DNA from: Nitrospinales bacterium
GTDB taxonomy: Bacteria; Nitrospinota; Nitrospinia; Nitrospinales; VA-1
Assembly: GCA_965223345.1 (NCBI GenBank)
Contig: CBDCWG010000012.1
Span: forward strand, 1,312,001-1,376,000
Direction of reading: 5' to 3'
DNA: 64,000 bases
Position numbers and translations under genes: made by a program. The notes beneath the pieces are model-generated. The model was not told the origin of the DNA, ran no database searches, and saw only the letters and a program-made list of their open reading frames with translations. Below, piece by piece: positions 21,200 to 31,015 of the stretch (positions are counted from its first letter, which is position 1; every line of letters starts with the position of its first letter).

Positions 21200-21970
21200 T
21201 CAGAAGCCCAGCTGGTAACCGAGGTTGAGTTTGAAATCGGGCGCGGCGTCGTCCCCGAAACCGCCGCCGACGCCCAGCGCCACCACCGACCAGGGATTCA
21301 CCTGCTTGCGCACGCCCAGCGAGAACGTGAGCAGGGGATCGCCTCCCTTCTGCTTCGCGCGGTCGATGAAAAAATCCGCGACGAACAGGTGGTCGAGGTC
21401 GATGGGGTGGTCGTAGCCGAGGCCGAAGGAATACAGATCCTGCCTCTCTTCGGAATCCGGCTCGTCGTTGCGCTCGTAACCGGCGTTGAGATGGAAACGG
21501 TGCGGGCCCCATCCGCGCGTCGCGATGCCGGTGACGCTGAAATCGACACCGCCCGAATCGACGCCCGTCGGTAAGATCACGCCCGCCTGGACCGCAAACG
21601 CGGGAAGGGCGGGCGCTTCCACATTGAAGTTATACAATCCCTCCAGTTCGATATCGCCGTTGTTTTCCATGTCGCCGTCCTCGCGGAATTCGAGCGGGAC
21701 CCCCAGGGCGACGTGCGCGTTTTTCATGAATCCCCATTTGAATTCCGGGTCGATCCCGCCGGCGTGCGTTCCGTCTTCGCCTTCGTGCTCGTATTCCGCT
21801 CCCAGCTGCAACTCCAGTGCCCGGTAGGCGATGGGGTAGGCGTCCTCGATGGTGGTGGGGAAGCCGCTTTCCAGGTTGCTGTGATCGGCGGTGAAAGCCG
21901 GGTTCGGCGTGAACGACAACAGGGACAGCAGCATAAAGATAAGTGCACGCAAACCGCAACGCTCGTTCAT
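21200..21970 (-). CDS. putative outer-membrane beta-barrel protein
   Basis: Signal peptide, alternating amphipathic strands, C-terminal LNLGYQLGF (terminal Phe). Confidence 0.78.
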   Translation of the reverse strand: MNERCGLRALIFMLLSLLSFTPNPAFTADHSNLESGFPTTIEDAYPIAYRALELQLGAEYEHEGEDGTHAGGIDPEFKWGFMKNAHVALGVPLEFREDGDMENNGDIELEGLYNFNVEAPALPAFAVQAGVILPTGVDSGGVDFSVTGIATRGWGPHRFHLNAGYERNDEPDSEERQDLYSFGLGYDHPIDLDHLFVADFFIDRAKQKGGDPLLTFSLGVRKQVNPWSVVALGVGGGFGDDAAPDFKLNLGYQLGF

Positions 21971-21971
21971 G

Positions 21972-23012
21972 TCAGCCGCCGTGTGAGTGGTGCATGGAAT
22001 GGCCCATGATGCGTCCCATCTCGCCGCCGCCTTCCTTCATGTCGCGGGAGTAGACCAGAGGGTCCAGATCGGGAAACGGCGTGGGGAACTCTTGCGCGCG
22101 CTCCCGGTCTCCTGTGCGGTACAGCATCAAATCGATCATGCGGTAGATCTCCGCGCGTTTGTCGGTGACCGCATCGGATGCGAGGATGTCGTAGACGATG
22201 CCGTGAAACATGTGCAGGTTGTCGAAGATGTTGGCGGCTTCGGGGGTCAGACGGCTGAAGCGGGGCATGACTTCCCGGGACAGCAGCATGCGGTTGGGCG
22301 GCACTTTCAACACTTCGTCGAGGAACAGGTCGTCGATTTTCAGGATGGCGCGGCGTTGCGGTTCGGGCTGGGGATGCAGGATCTGCGCTTCGTAGACCGC
22401 GGGGTGCCACCAGTGAAACGCCCAGAACAGGGCGGTGGTTTCCGGCCACTGGCTGCGGAACGCTTTAAACCAGGGCTGTTCTGTGAGCTTCACCCGCTGC
22501 ATGATGACTTCCTCAAACGGGGCCGGGCTGAACGCCATCTCCGGTTCGCTCAGGTAATAATCGACGGCGCGGTCAATCCAGCGTTTCTTGTCGGCGACCG
22601 GGATGGACGCGTCGGTCATGATGTCGTACAACTGCTCGTGCAGCTGGTGCGTCCAGTCGATGATGTGGACGGCGCGCCAGGCCAGCCGGGCGAAATCCGG
22701 GCCCACGTAGTCCTGATGCGGTTCGGTCTTGGCGGGGTTTTCCAGAAACACGCGGCTTTGCTTATAGAACGCTTGGTCCGCCTTTTGCGGATCGGCCGGT
22801 TTGGACAGCAGCACGTCGCTGATGCTGCCGTGCGCCCAGTGGGCGACGGTGGTGAGCTTGAAATCCTTGGGATGGGTTTTGTAGAACGCGTAATTGTAAG
22901 CCCCGCGCAAGGGACGGATCTCGTTGCGGGGCTCCAGGTTCTGGCAGGCCGCGGCGATCGAGCCTGCAAAGAGGATCGCGAGAGCGGTGCGAATGTGTGC
23001 CGGACGTTGCAT
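21972..23012 (-). CDS. lipoprotein with four HxxH repeats and a His/Met-rich tail
   Basis: Lipobox AAAC (Cys23); HWAH, HQLH, HWWH, HMFH; ends MGHSMHHSHGG. Confidence 0.8.
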   Translation of the reverse strand: MQRPAHIRTALAILFAGSIAAACQNLEPRNEIRPLRGAYNYAFYKTHPKDFKLTTVAHWAHGSISDVLLSKPADPQKADQAFYKQSRVFLENPAKTEPHQDYVGPDFARLAWRAVHIIDWTHQLHEQLYDIMTDASIPVADKKRWIDRAVDYYLSEPEMAFSPAPFEEVIMQRVKLTEQPWFKAFRSQWPETTALFWAFHWWHPAVYEAQILHPQPEPQRRAILKIDDLFLDEVLKVPPNRMLLSREVMPRFSRLTPEAANIFDNLHMFHGIVYDILASDAVTDKRAEIYRMIDLMLYRTGDRERAQEFPTPFPDLDPLVYSRDMKEGGGEMGRIMGHSMHHSHGG

Positions 23013-23049
23013 GGCGAACCTCTGCGCGGGCGCTGAAAAAATTCCGCCG

Positions 23050-24117
23050 TCAAACGGGATCGTAGCGCATGTTGCGCCGTTGCGGCGTGAACCCGCCGTC
23101 GGTGATCAGACGGCGGATGTCTTCTTCGTTCAGGCAGTGGATGGTGCCCGCGGCACGCACCACGTTTTCCTCCAGCATGGTGCTGCCCATGTCGTTGGCG
23201 CCATAATAGAGCGCGACCTGTCCCACCTTCGGCCCCTGCGTCACCCAGGACGATTGCAGGTTGTCGATGTTGTCGAGAACGATGCGGCTGATCGCCACGG
23301 TTTTCAGGTAGTCGAGCCCGGATATGGAAGCATCGATGCCGGCGTCGAGGCTCAGCTCCGTGTTGCCCGGCTGGTAAGGCCAGGGGATGAACGCGGTGAA
23401 GCCGCCGGTCCTGTCCTGCTGCTCGCGGATGCGCATCAGGTGCTCGACGCGGTCGGCGTGGGTTTCCACGTGGCCGAACATCATGGTGGCGGTGGTCGGG
23501 ATGCCCTTGCGGTGCGCCTTGTCCATCACCTCCAGCCACTCGTCGCTGGAGCATTTCAAGGGGCTGATCTTGCCGCGCACCTTATCCACCAGGATTTCCG
23601 CGCCGCCACCCGGGATCGAATCCAGCCCGGCCGCACGCAGCCGGTCGAGGGTTTCGTCGATCGAGATCTTGGAGATACGGCTGGTGTGCACGATCTCCGG
23701 CGGGGACAGGGCGTGCAGGTGGATGCCGAAGCGTTCTTTGATTTTACGGAACAGGTCCTCGAAATAATCGATCTTAAGCTGGATGTTGTGCCCGCCCTGC
23801 AGCAGGATCTGGTTTCCCCCCAGCCTTTGGGTTTCCTCGATTTTTTCCGCGATGGTTTCGAAGGGCAGCACGTAGGCGTCCTCGTCGCGTTCCTTGCGGT
23901 AAAACGCGCAGAAAGCGCAATCGGTGACGCAGATGTTGGTGTAGTTGATGTTGCGATCGACGATGTAGGTGACGACGCGCGGCTTTTTTTTCTTCCAGGC
24001 GATGCGCGACGCCACGTTGCCCAGAAGCAGGATGTCGTGCGTGGCGAACAGCTGCAGGGCTTCTTCGCTGTCGATCCTTTGGCCGTCGAGGGCTTTTTTC
24101 AGGATGGTCTCAACCAT
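23050..24117 (-). CDS. mqnC: cyclic dehypoxanthinyl futalosine synthase
   Basis: DRNINYTNICVTDCAFCAF, LQGGHN, PGGGAEIL, QSSWVTQG, MLEENVV. Confidence 0.92.
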   Translation of the reverse strand: MVETILKKALDGQRIDSEEALQLFATHDILLLGNVASRIAWKKKKPRVVTYIVDRNINYTNICVTDCAFCAFYRKERDEDAYVLPFETIAEKIEETQRLGGNQILLQGGHNIQLKIDYFEDLFRKIKERFGIHLHALSPPEIVHTSRISKISIDETLDRLRAAGLDSIPGGGAEILVDKVRGKISPLKCSSDEWLEVMDKAHRKGIPTTATMMFGHVETHADRVEHLMRIREQQDRTGGFTAFIPWPYQPGNTELSLDAGIDASISGLDYLKTVAISRIVLDNIDNLQSSWVTQGPKVGQVALYYGANDMGSTMLEENVVRAAGTIHCLNEEDIRRLITDGGFTPQRRNMRYDPV

Positions 24118-24120
24118 GAG

Positions 24121-24507
24121 TCAATAGTCGCAGTGGATTTCAAGGTGGTTGAAATCCGGATCGTTGAAATAAATCGATTCGCCTTCGCCGCGTTTGACCG
24201 GGCCGCTGTCGATGTGGATGTTTTTAGCCTTCAGCTCATCGACGATGGATTGAAACGTCTGCCTGTCGGCCTCGAACGCCAGATGCATGTAGCCCTGTTC
24301 GCTCAGCAGATCGAGGGCGTTGCGCGTGTCGAGATCCTGCGATTCGAACAGGGCGAGCGCGCCGTTGCCCGTATCGAGCATGAGGTGGCGCAGCCCTTTC
24401 GAGAACCGCTGCGTCACGGAAAATCCGAGCACGTCGGTGTAGAATTTTTCCGCGCGGTCCAGATCGCGAACGTTGAGGGCGATGTGGTGGATTCCCTTGA
24501 GCTGCAT
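24121..24507 (-). CDS. VOC/glyoxalase family protein
   Basis: IHHIALNVRDL, HLAF, YFNDPDFNHLEI. Confidence 0.9.
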   Translation of the reverse strand: MQLKGIHHIALNVRDLDRAEKFYTDVLGFSVTQRFSKGLRHLMLDTGNGALALFESQDLDTRNALDLLSEQGYMHLAFEADRQTFQSIVDELKAKNIHIDSGPVKRGEGESIYFNDPDFNHLEIHCDY

Positions 24508-24528
24508 GGTGCGTCCCGCTCCGTCTGG

Positions 24529-24894
24529 TTACAGCGTGCCGTCGCCGGCGCCGAGGGAAGGCGCGTTGAGCCCGTCCACGCCGGTGTCGCCCATCGGGTC
24601 TTCGTGGGTGATGACGAAAATGTGGAAGCCGAAAGTGGTTTTGACCGGGCCCTGCACCTCGCGCACCGGCGCCTTTTGCGCGGCCGCGTACAATTCCGGC
24701 GCGCTGGTGTGCACTTCCAGGATTCCCAGGTCGCCGGCTTTATGGCGGGAGCTGCAGGCGCTGTATTTTTTCGCCTGTTTGGCGAAGCTTTTCATCATGG
24801 CTTCGTAATCGTCGTAGGATTTCAAATGCTCCAGCAGCACGTTGGCGAGATCCTCGGTGGTCAAAACGATGTGGCTCAGGTACAGCGATCTCAT
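24529..24894 (-). CDS. parvulin/PpiC-type peptidyl-prolyl isomerase
   Basis: SHIV, AKKYSACSS, GDLG, GPVKTTFGFHI. Confidence 0.85.
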   Translation of the reverse strand: MRSLYLSHIVLTTEDLANVLLEHLKSYDDYEAMMKSFAKQAKKYSACSSRHKAGDLGILEVHTSAPELYAAAQKAPVREVQGPVKTTFGFHIFVITHEDPMGDTGVDGLNAPSLGAGDGTL

Positions 24895-25036
24895 GATCGG
24901 TTCTCTCAATGATTCAATAAGATAGTTATCGGTCTCCGGCGCCCGGAGAGCCCGTTTTCCTGCCGTGGTGTCCTACGATTGTAGCGGGTTTCGCTAATTT
25001 TACAAGGTTTATCGGGGGGCTTGCCGGGGGTGGAAA

Positions 25037-25837
25037 TCAGAGGAGAAAGCTCACGCCGCCCATGATCCGGGGGATCAGTTTGGGGCGTGCGAGGCGGGGG
25101 TCGTACGCGGCGAGGCGGCGGCGGTTTTCCTTCAGGCACAGGTCCACGAAGGCTTTGGGGGAAAGGGAGGATTTTTCGTGTTTGCGCGCCTGGATGGTGA
25201 ACGCCGAACCGCCGACATTTTTGAGTTCCTTGAGCCGGCCCCAGGCGGCGGCTGCGTAAGCCCAGCAGGTGCGGAAGTAATGGACCGGCTGCAACAGCAT
25301 CGGCCGCTTGTAGCGCTGATAGAGAATCCAGTTCTGGATGAACAGGATGTGGCGCGCTTCTTCCTGGACGATCGGTTCCATCACCTCGATCAGTTCCCTG
25401 GGGTAATCGTTGGTGGATTTGGAAATCTCCAGAAACCCGAATGCGAAAAACGAGTCGATGCATTCCCCCGCTCCGGTGTTGAGAAAAACCTGCTCCAGGT
25501 TGCGCGGCAGCGGGTTGTCGGGCTTTTCCTTGAAGGGGATGTCGTAGCGCTTGAGAAAGTACTGCAACAGATCGGAATGACGTTTCTCTTCGTATCCCTG
25601 CAGCGCCATGGCTTCCTTGAGCAGCGGATCGGTGATCTCGCCCGAATAGGCTTCGAGTTTGCGGAACACCTGGCGCTCGGTGTGGACGGCGTGATCCCAG
25701 ATCGGGAATGCGGCGAGTTTTTTGACGACTTTTTCATCGAGCTCGGGCCAGGGAAGCTCTTCCGGCGTGAAGGGCTTGTGGGTGTCGATGAAAAATCTGC
25801 AAAACAGTTCTTTGTGTTCTGGCGTCCCGTATTGCAT
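25037..25837 (-). CDS. ferritin-like di-iron protein
   Basis: Two ExxH motifs (EEKRH, EEARH), each with an upstream Glu (HTER, GECID). Confidence 0.8.
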   Translation of the reverse strand: MQYGTPEHKELFCRFFIDTHKPFTPEELPWPELDEKVVKKLAAFPIWDHAVHTERQVFRKLEAYSGEITDPLLKEAMALQGYEEKRHSDLLQYFLKRYDIPFKEKPDNPLPRNLEQVFLNTGAGECIDSFFAFGFLEISKSTNDYPRELIEVMEPIVQEEARHILFIQNWILYQRYKRPMLLQPVHYFRTCWAYAAAAWGRLKELKNVGGSAFTIQARKHEKSSLSPKAFVDLCLKENRRRLAAYDPRLARPKLIPRIMGGVSFLL

Positions 25838-25965
25838 CGATGTCCTAAATAAAAGATATTAAGAAGTCGATTCAATCTGTCATCGTATTTTCAGCGATTT
25901 TTTATCACAACCGGAGACCGGTTGCCAAACTTTTTTGACAAGAAGGTGTTGCGCGGTGGTTCTAT

Positions 25966-27501
25966 TTATCGCTTGCAGAAATGGGTTTCGATGGCCTCGG
26001 CGAGCGCATCGACGGTGAAGGTTTCGGGCATGACGGCGACGGTCAGTCCCGCGTCTTCGGCGGTTTTTTTTGTGATCGGTCCGATGCAGGCGATGGCCAC
26101 GTCGCCAAGCGCGTCCCTGTTTTCTGCGCCGATCATCTTGAGAAAATGCGTCACCGTCGAGGAAGAGGTGAAGGTGACGGCGTCGATGGTTTTTTCCGCC
26201 AGCCGTTTGCGGAAATCCTCGCCGCGGTCTTTGGGAAGCACGGTGCGGTAGGCGGGCGCCACATCGACCTCTGCGCCCAGGTCGCGCAGCGTATCGGGCA
26301 GAATCTCGCGGGCGACGGCGGCGCGCGGCAGCAGGAAGCGTTTTCCCTTCAGCGTTTCGCCTTTCAGCGCTTCGATCAATGATTCGGCCACGAAATCCTT
26401 CGGCACCACGTCCACCCGAATCCCAAGCGCCAGCACGGCCTGTTCGGTTTTGGGGCCGATGGTGCAGACCTTAAGACCGTGCAGGTCGCGGATGTCTTTT
26501 TTTTGTTGCTTGAGCCGCTCGATGAAAAAGCGAACACCGTTGACGCTGGTGAAGATGATGCCGTTGTATTTGGATAGATTGTCCAGCGCCCGGTCCAGCG
26601 GTTCCCAGCTCTCCGGGGCCACCGTCTGGATGACGGGGTAGGAGTAGGCTTCCGCGCCTTTTTCCTGCAGCAATTCGATGAAGCTTTCCGACTGTTCCTC
26701 GGCGCGCGTCACGACGATGGTTTTGCCGAACAGCGGCAGGTTTTCGTACCACTCGATGTGGCGTTTGTAGTTGACCACCTCGCCGATGATGGTGAGCGCC
26801 GGCGGGCGGATCTGTTCCTGCTCCGCGATGCCGACAATGGTCGCAAGCGTCCCGGTCCAGGTTTTCTGGCGCGCGGTGCTGCCCCACTGGATCACCGCAA
26901 CCGGGGTGTCGGGATCTTTGCCGTAGCGCATCAGGTTTTCGGTGATCTTCGGCAGCTTGCGCGCGCCCATGAGAAAAACCAGCGTGCCGGTGCGGCCGGC
27001 GATCTTTTCCCAGTCGATGCGCAGATCGCCCGTCAGTTTCTCGTTGCTGCCGGTGATGATGGAAATGGAACTGGAGGCGTCGCGGTGCGTGAGGGGAATG
27101 CCCGCGTAGGCGGAGACGCCCATGGGCGAGGACACGCCCGGCACCACGGCGAAGGGGATGCCCGCTTCCTTGAGATGCTGCGCTTCTTCGCCGCCGCGTC
27201 CGAAGATGAACGGGTCGCCGCCCTTGAGACGCACCACGATGTTGCCGGCGCGCGCCTTTTCCACCAGCAGCGCGTTGATGGCCTCCTGCGACAGCGTGGC
27301 GTAACCGGCTTTTTTGCCGGCGTAGATGAGTTCCGCCGATTCGGGCGCGAAGCGCAGGATGTTCCAGCCGACCAGATGATCGTAGACCACCACGTCGGCG
27401 CGGCTCAGCCATTGCCTGCCTTTGAGCGTCAGCAGCCCGGGATCGCCCGGTCCGGCGCCGACCAGCAGAACGCGTCCTGTCCTGACGGGGGTGTCAGTCA
27501 T
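25966..27501 (-). CDS. cobA: fused uroporphyrinogen-III C-methyltransferase/synthase (CobA-HemD)
   Basis: VGAGPGDPGLLT, RLKGGDPFIFGRGGEE; then VVTRA, FTSVNGV, FTSSSTV, IGPIT. Confidence 0.93.
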   Translation of the reverse strand: MTDTPVRTGRVLLVGAGPGDPGLLTLKGRQWLSRADVVVYDHLVGWNILRFAPESAELIYAGKKAGYATLSQEAINALLVEKARAGNIVVRLKGGDPFIFGRGGEEAQHLKEAGIPFAVVPGVSSPMGVSAYAGIPLTHRDASSSISIITGSNEKLTGDLRIDWEKIAGRTGTLVFLMGARKLPKITENLMRYGKDPDTPVAVIQWGSTARQKTWTGTLATIVGIAEQEQIRPPALTIIGEVVNYKRHIEWYENLPLFGKTIVVTRAEEQSESFIELLQEKGAEAYSYPVIQTVAPESWEPLDRALDNLSKYNGIIFTSVNGVRFFIERLKQQKKDIRDLHGLKVCTIGPKTEQAVLALGIRVDVVPKDFVAESLIEALKGETLKGKRFLLPRAAVAREILPDTLRDLGAEVDVAPAYRTVLPKDRGEDFRKRLAEKTIDAVTFTSSSTVTHFLKMIGAENRDALGDVAIACIGPITKKTAEDAGLTVAVMPETFTVDALAEAIETHFCKR

Positions 27502-28279
27502 GTTGGGCCTCAAGGTGGTTCGCCAGCACGGCGAAATCCTGCAGGGACAGGGTTTCGCCGCGGCGCGACAAATCGATGCCTGCGAGCAGGGTTTTGCCGT
27601 TTTCCGTCCGGAACCGATTCTGCCAAAGTTTCAAATTGTTTTTCAACATTTTCCGCTTGTGAAAGAAAGCGGCGTTCACCACTTTGAAGTAAATGGCTGC
27701 ATCGCGCACCGCCACTTTCGGTTGCGAAAGCGGCGTCAGCTTCACCACCGAGGAGTCGATCTTGGGCTGCGGCGAAAACGCGGTCTTCGGCACTTCCAGC
27801 AGGCGTTCGGTGTCGCAGTGAAACTGGATGAACACCGAGAGGGAGCCGTACTCCTTCTGCATGGGCGCTGCCGTGAAACGATCGACCACTTCCTTTTGCA
27901 GCATGACGGTCATGTCCAGGATGTGGGCGCGGTAGTGGATCAGCCGCTTGACGATGTGGGTGGCGGCGTAATACGGCAGGTTGGAGACCACTTTCAATCC
28001 GGTTCCCAGCTTGCTGTAATCGAATTTCACAGCATCGGCTTCCAGCAGGGTGAAATTGCTTTTGCCGCCGAAGCGTTTTTTGAGCTGGCCGCAGAGTTTG
28101 GGATCGATCTCCAGTGCGGTCAGGTGCGCCGCGCGGTCGATCAGCCGTTCGGTCAGGATGCCTTTGCCGGGGCCGATTTCCAGAACCGGGTCTTCGGGGC
28201 GGATGCGCGCGGCCTCGACGATGCGGTGGGCGAGATCGGTGTCGATGAGAAAGTTTTGTCCCAGCGCCCTTTTTTTCAT
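27494..28279 (-). CDS. rsmA: 16S rRNA adenine dimethyltransferase
   Basis: LGQNFL, EIGPGKG, SNLPY, MLQKEV, PKIDSSV. Confidence 0.95.
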   Translation of the reverse strand: MKKRALGQNFLIDTDLAHRIVEAARIRPEDPVLEIGPGKGILTERLIDRAAHLTALEIDPKLCGQLKKRFGGKSNFTLLEADAVKFDYSKLGTGLKVVSNLPYYAATHIVKRLIHYRAHILDMTVMLQKEVVDRFTAAPMQKEYGSLSVFIQFHCDTERLLEVPKTAFSPQPKIDSSVVKLTPLSQPKVAVRDAAIYFKVVNAAFFHKRKMLKNNLKLWQNRFRTENGKTLLAGIDLSRRGETLSLQDFAVLANHLEAQHD

Positions 28280-29286
28280 CGCGCTGCGGCGGCGGTCCGG
28301 CTGAGCCGCGCGGCTTCGCGGATGGCGGATTTCAGGCTTTCGGGAGAAGCGGTTCCGGTGCCGGCGATGTCGTAGGCGGTGCCGTGATCCACGGAGGTGC
28401 GGATGATCGGCAGCCCGAGTGTGATGTTGACGGCGGAGCCCATCGAGTCCATCTTCACCGGGATCATGCCCTGGTCGTGATACATGGTGACCACAGCGTC
28501 GTAGGTGTTGCCCGGCTTTTGCGCGAACAGGGCGTCGGCGGAAAACGGGCCTCGCACCTCGATTCCCTCGCGGCGCACCGCTTCGAGCGCGGGCAGGATG
28601 GCTTCCTGCTCTTCGCTGCCGAAGACGCCGCCGTCGCCGCAGTGCGGATTGAGTCCGGTCACGGCGATATGCGGCTTTTCTGTCACATGGGTTTTCAGCC
28701 AGCGGTGCGTGAGGCGCAGGATGGACGCCACCCGGTCCGCATCGATCATCGCGGGGACCGCGTGCAGGGCGGCGTGCGTGGTCACCAGCACGACGCGCAG
28801 GTTCGGGCCCGCAAGCATCAGCGCGGATCGTTCGGCGCCGGTCAATGCGGCCAGAAGTTCCGTGTGTCCGGGATACGGGTGTCCCGCCAGGTGCAGGCTT
28901 TCCTTGTTGATCGGCGCGGTGGTGATGGCATCGACGTCGTGCTCCAGGGCCAGCCGCACGGCTTTCTCGATGCAGTCCACCGATGCCTGGCCGCCCTCGG
29001 GCGAGGCGACTCCTTTTTTCAGTGTGCCGGGAACGTTTTTGAGGTCGAGCACATCCAGTGTGCCGGGTTGCGGAGAGGACGCGTCAACGGAAGCGATACG
29101 ACGCAGTGTGAGTCCGGGTGCGAACCGGGCGGCGAGCGGCCGCAGAAAATCCACGTCGCCGATGACGACGGCGCGGCAGACCGCGTTCAGGGAGTCATCC
29201 AGAAAGGCTTTGACGATGATTTCGGGACCCACGCCAGCGGGGTCCCCCATCGTGATGGCAATGCGGGGCAACGGGTCCAAATTCAA
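28276..29286 (-). CDS. pdxA: 4-hydroxythreonine-4-phosphate dehydrogenase
   Basis: TMGDPAGVGPE, GHTE, GLNPH, MYHDQG, RTSVDHGTA. Confidence 0.95.
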   Translation of the reverse strand: MNLDPLPRIAITMGDPAGVGPEIIVKAFLDDSLNAVCRAVVIGDVDFLRPLAARFAPGLTLRRIASVDASSPQPGTLDVLDLKNVPGTLKKGVASPEGGQASVDCIEKAVRLALEHDVDAITTAPINKESLHLAGHPYPGHTELLAALTGAERSALMLAGPNLRVVLVTTHAALHAVPAMIDADRVASILRLTHRWLKTHVTEKPHIAVTGLNPHCGDGGVFGSEEQEAILPALEAVRREGIEVRGPFSADALFAQKPGNTYDAVVTMYHDQGMIPVKMDSMGSAVNITLGLPIIRTSVDHGTAYDIAGTGTASPESLKSAIREAARLSRTAAAAR

Positions 29287-29368
29287 ATGTCCACACCGGG
29301 GGGCGGGCGTCGATACACCCCATGAACGGTCACGGGGCTGGTCTCGACGCCGGCAGTTTGAACCCCGC

Positions 29369-31015
29369 TCACTTCCTTAATTTGTGAATCCTGGCACCCT
29401 TTCCGGCGCCGCCGGGATTGGGGCTGGCGGCGAGGATTTCCTTGCTCACCGTTTTCTCGTACTGCTTGAAGTTCTCGACGAACAGCTTGGCGAGTTCCTT
29501 GGCTTTCTCGTCGTAGTCTTCGCCGCGCTTCCAGGTGTTCCTGGGATTGAGCACTTCCTGCGGGACGCCTTCGATCTTCTCGGGAATGTTGAGTCCGAAC
29601 ACCGGGTCCTTGAACGTGGCGACGTCCTTCAACTGGTTTTCCAGAATCGCCTTGATCATGGCGCGGGTGTGGGCGATCTCCATGCGGTGTCCGACCCCGT
29701 AGGCGCCGCCGGTCCAGCCGGTGTTGACCAGCCAGCAGTTGACTTTGTGCTTGGCGATCTTTTCACCCAGCATGTTGGCGTACACCGAGGGGTGCAGCGT
29801 CATGAAGGGCGCGCCGAAGCAGGTGCTGAACGTGGCGGTGGGTTCGCGGCTCAGGCCTTTTTCGGTTCCCGCCACCTTCGCCGTGTAACCGGAGATGAAA
29901 TGGTACATCGCCTGTTCGGGCGTGAGCTGGGCGATCGGAGGCATGACGCCGAACGCATCGCAGGTCAGCATGATGACGTTTTTCGGGTGCCCGCCCATTC
30001 CGGAGCGGGTGGCGTTTTCGATGTGCGAGATCGGGTAGCTGGCGCGGGTGTTTTCCGTCAGGCTGGAATCGTCGAGATCCAGCCGGCGGGTGTTTTCATC
30101 AACCACCACGTTTTCCAGCACGGTGCCGAAACTGCGGGTGCAGCTGTAGATCGCCGGTTCCGCCTGGGGAGACAGCCGGATGACCTTGGCGTAGCAGCCG
30201 CCCTCGAAATTGAACACGCCCTTGTCGCTCCAGCCGTGCTCGTCGTCGCCGATCAGAACCCGGTTCGGGTCGGCGGAGAGGGTGGTCTTGCCGGTTCCGG
30301 ACAGGCCGAAAAAGATCGCCGTTTCGCCGGCTTCGTCCATGTTGGCCGAGCAGTGCATGGAGAGGACGGAATGCTTGTGCGGCAGCAGGTAATTGAGCAC
30401 CGAAAAGATCGATTTTTTGATTTCCCCCGCATAGCTGGTGCCGCCGATCAGCACCATCTGCCTGCCGTAGTCCACGACGACGAACACTTCCGAGTTGGTT
30501 CCGTCGATGGCCGGCACGGCCTTGAATCCCGGAACGTGCACGACGGTGAAAGCCGGAACGTGGCTTTCCAGTTTGGCCAGATCCTTGATCTGGATGAACA
30601 TGTTCCTGGCGAACAGGCTGTGCCAGGCGTTTTCGGTGATGACCCGGATGTGCAGTTGATGGTTGTTGTCGGCACCGGCGTAGCAGTCCTGCACGTACGC
30701 CTGTTTCCCCTGCATGTAAGCGAGGATGCGGGCGTACAGGGCGTCGAACTGTTCGACGGTGAAGGACTTGGCGTTGTCCCACCAGATGTTTTCCTGGCTG
30801 GAGGGTTCCTGCACGATGAATTTGTCGTTCGGTGCGCGACCGGTGTGCTCACCGGTGGTGACGCAGAGCGGCCCCAGATGAGAGATGATGCCTTCATTGT
30901 TACGGACGGCGTGTTCGTAAAGGTGCGGGGTGGAAAGGTTCCAGTGGATCTTCGTCAGATTGCGGATTCCGTGGTGTTCCAACCCGATTTTGTGTTTCAA
31001 AACTGTCTGAGGCAT
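29369..31015 (-). CDS. pckA: phosphoenolpyruvate carboxykinase (ATP)
   Basis: YAGEIKK, MHCSAN, FFGLSGTGKTTLS, LIGDDEHGW, NFEGGCYAK. Confidence 0.97.
   Translation of the reverse strand: MPQTVLKHKIGLEHHGIRNLTKIHWNLSTPHLYEHAVRNNEGIISHLGPLCVTTGEHTGRAPNDKFIVQEPSSQENIWWDNAKSFTVEQFDALYARILAYMQGKQAYVQDCYAGADNNHQLHIRVITENAWHSLFARNMFIQIKDLAKLESHVPAFTVVHVPGFKAVPAIDGTNSEVFVVVDYGRQMVLIGGTSYAGEIKKSIFSVLNYLLPHKHSVLSMHCSANMDEAGETAIFFGLSGTGKTTLSADPNRVLIGDDEHGWSDKGVFNFEGGCYAKVIRLSPQAEPAIYSCTRSFGTVLENVVVDENTRRLDLDDSSLTENTRASYPISHIENATRSGMGGHPKNVIMLTCDAFGVMPPIAQLTPEQAMYHFISGYTAKVAGTEKGLSREPTATFSTCFGAPFMTLHPSVYANMLGEKIAKHKVNCWLVNTGWTGGAYGVGHRMEIAHTRAMIKAILENQLKDVATFKDPVFGLNIPEKIEGVPQEVLNPRNTWKRGEDYDEKAKELAKLFVENFKQYEKTVSKEILAASPNPGGAGKGARIHKLRK

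Noticed and set aside
20082..23012. Integron or integrative element with cargo
   Set aside because: The recombinase lacks the IntI-specific insertion and the catalytic Tyr; no attC arrays, tRNA target, flanking direct repeats or compositional shift seen
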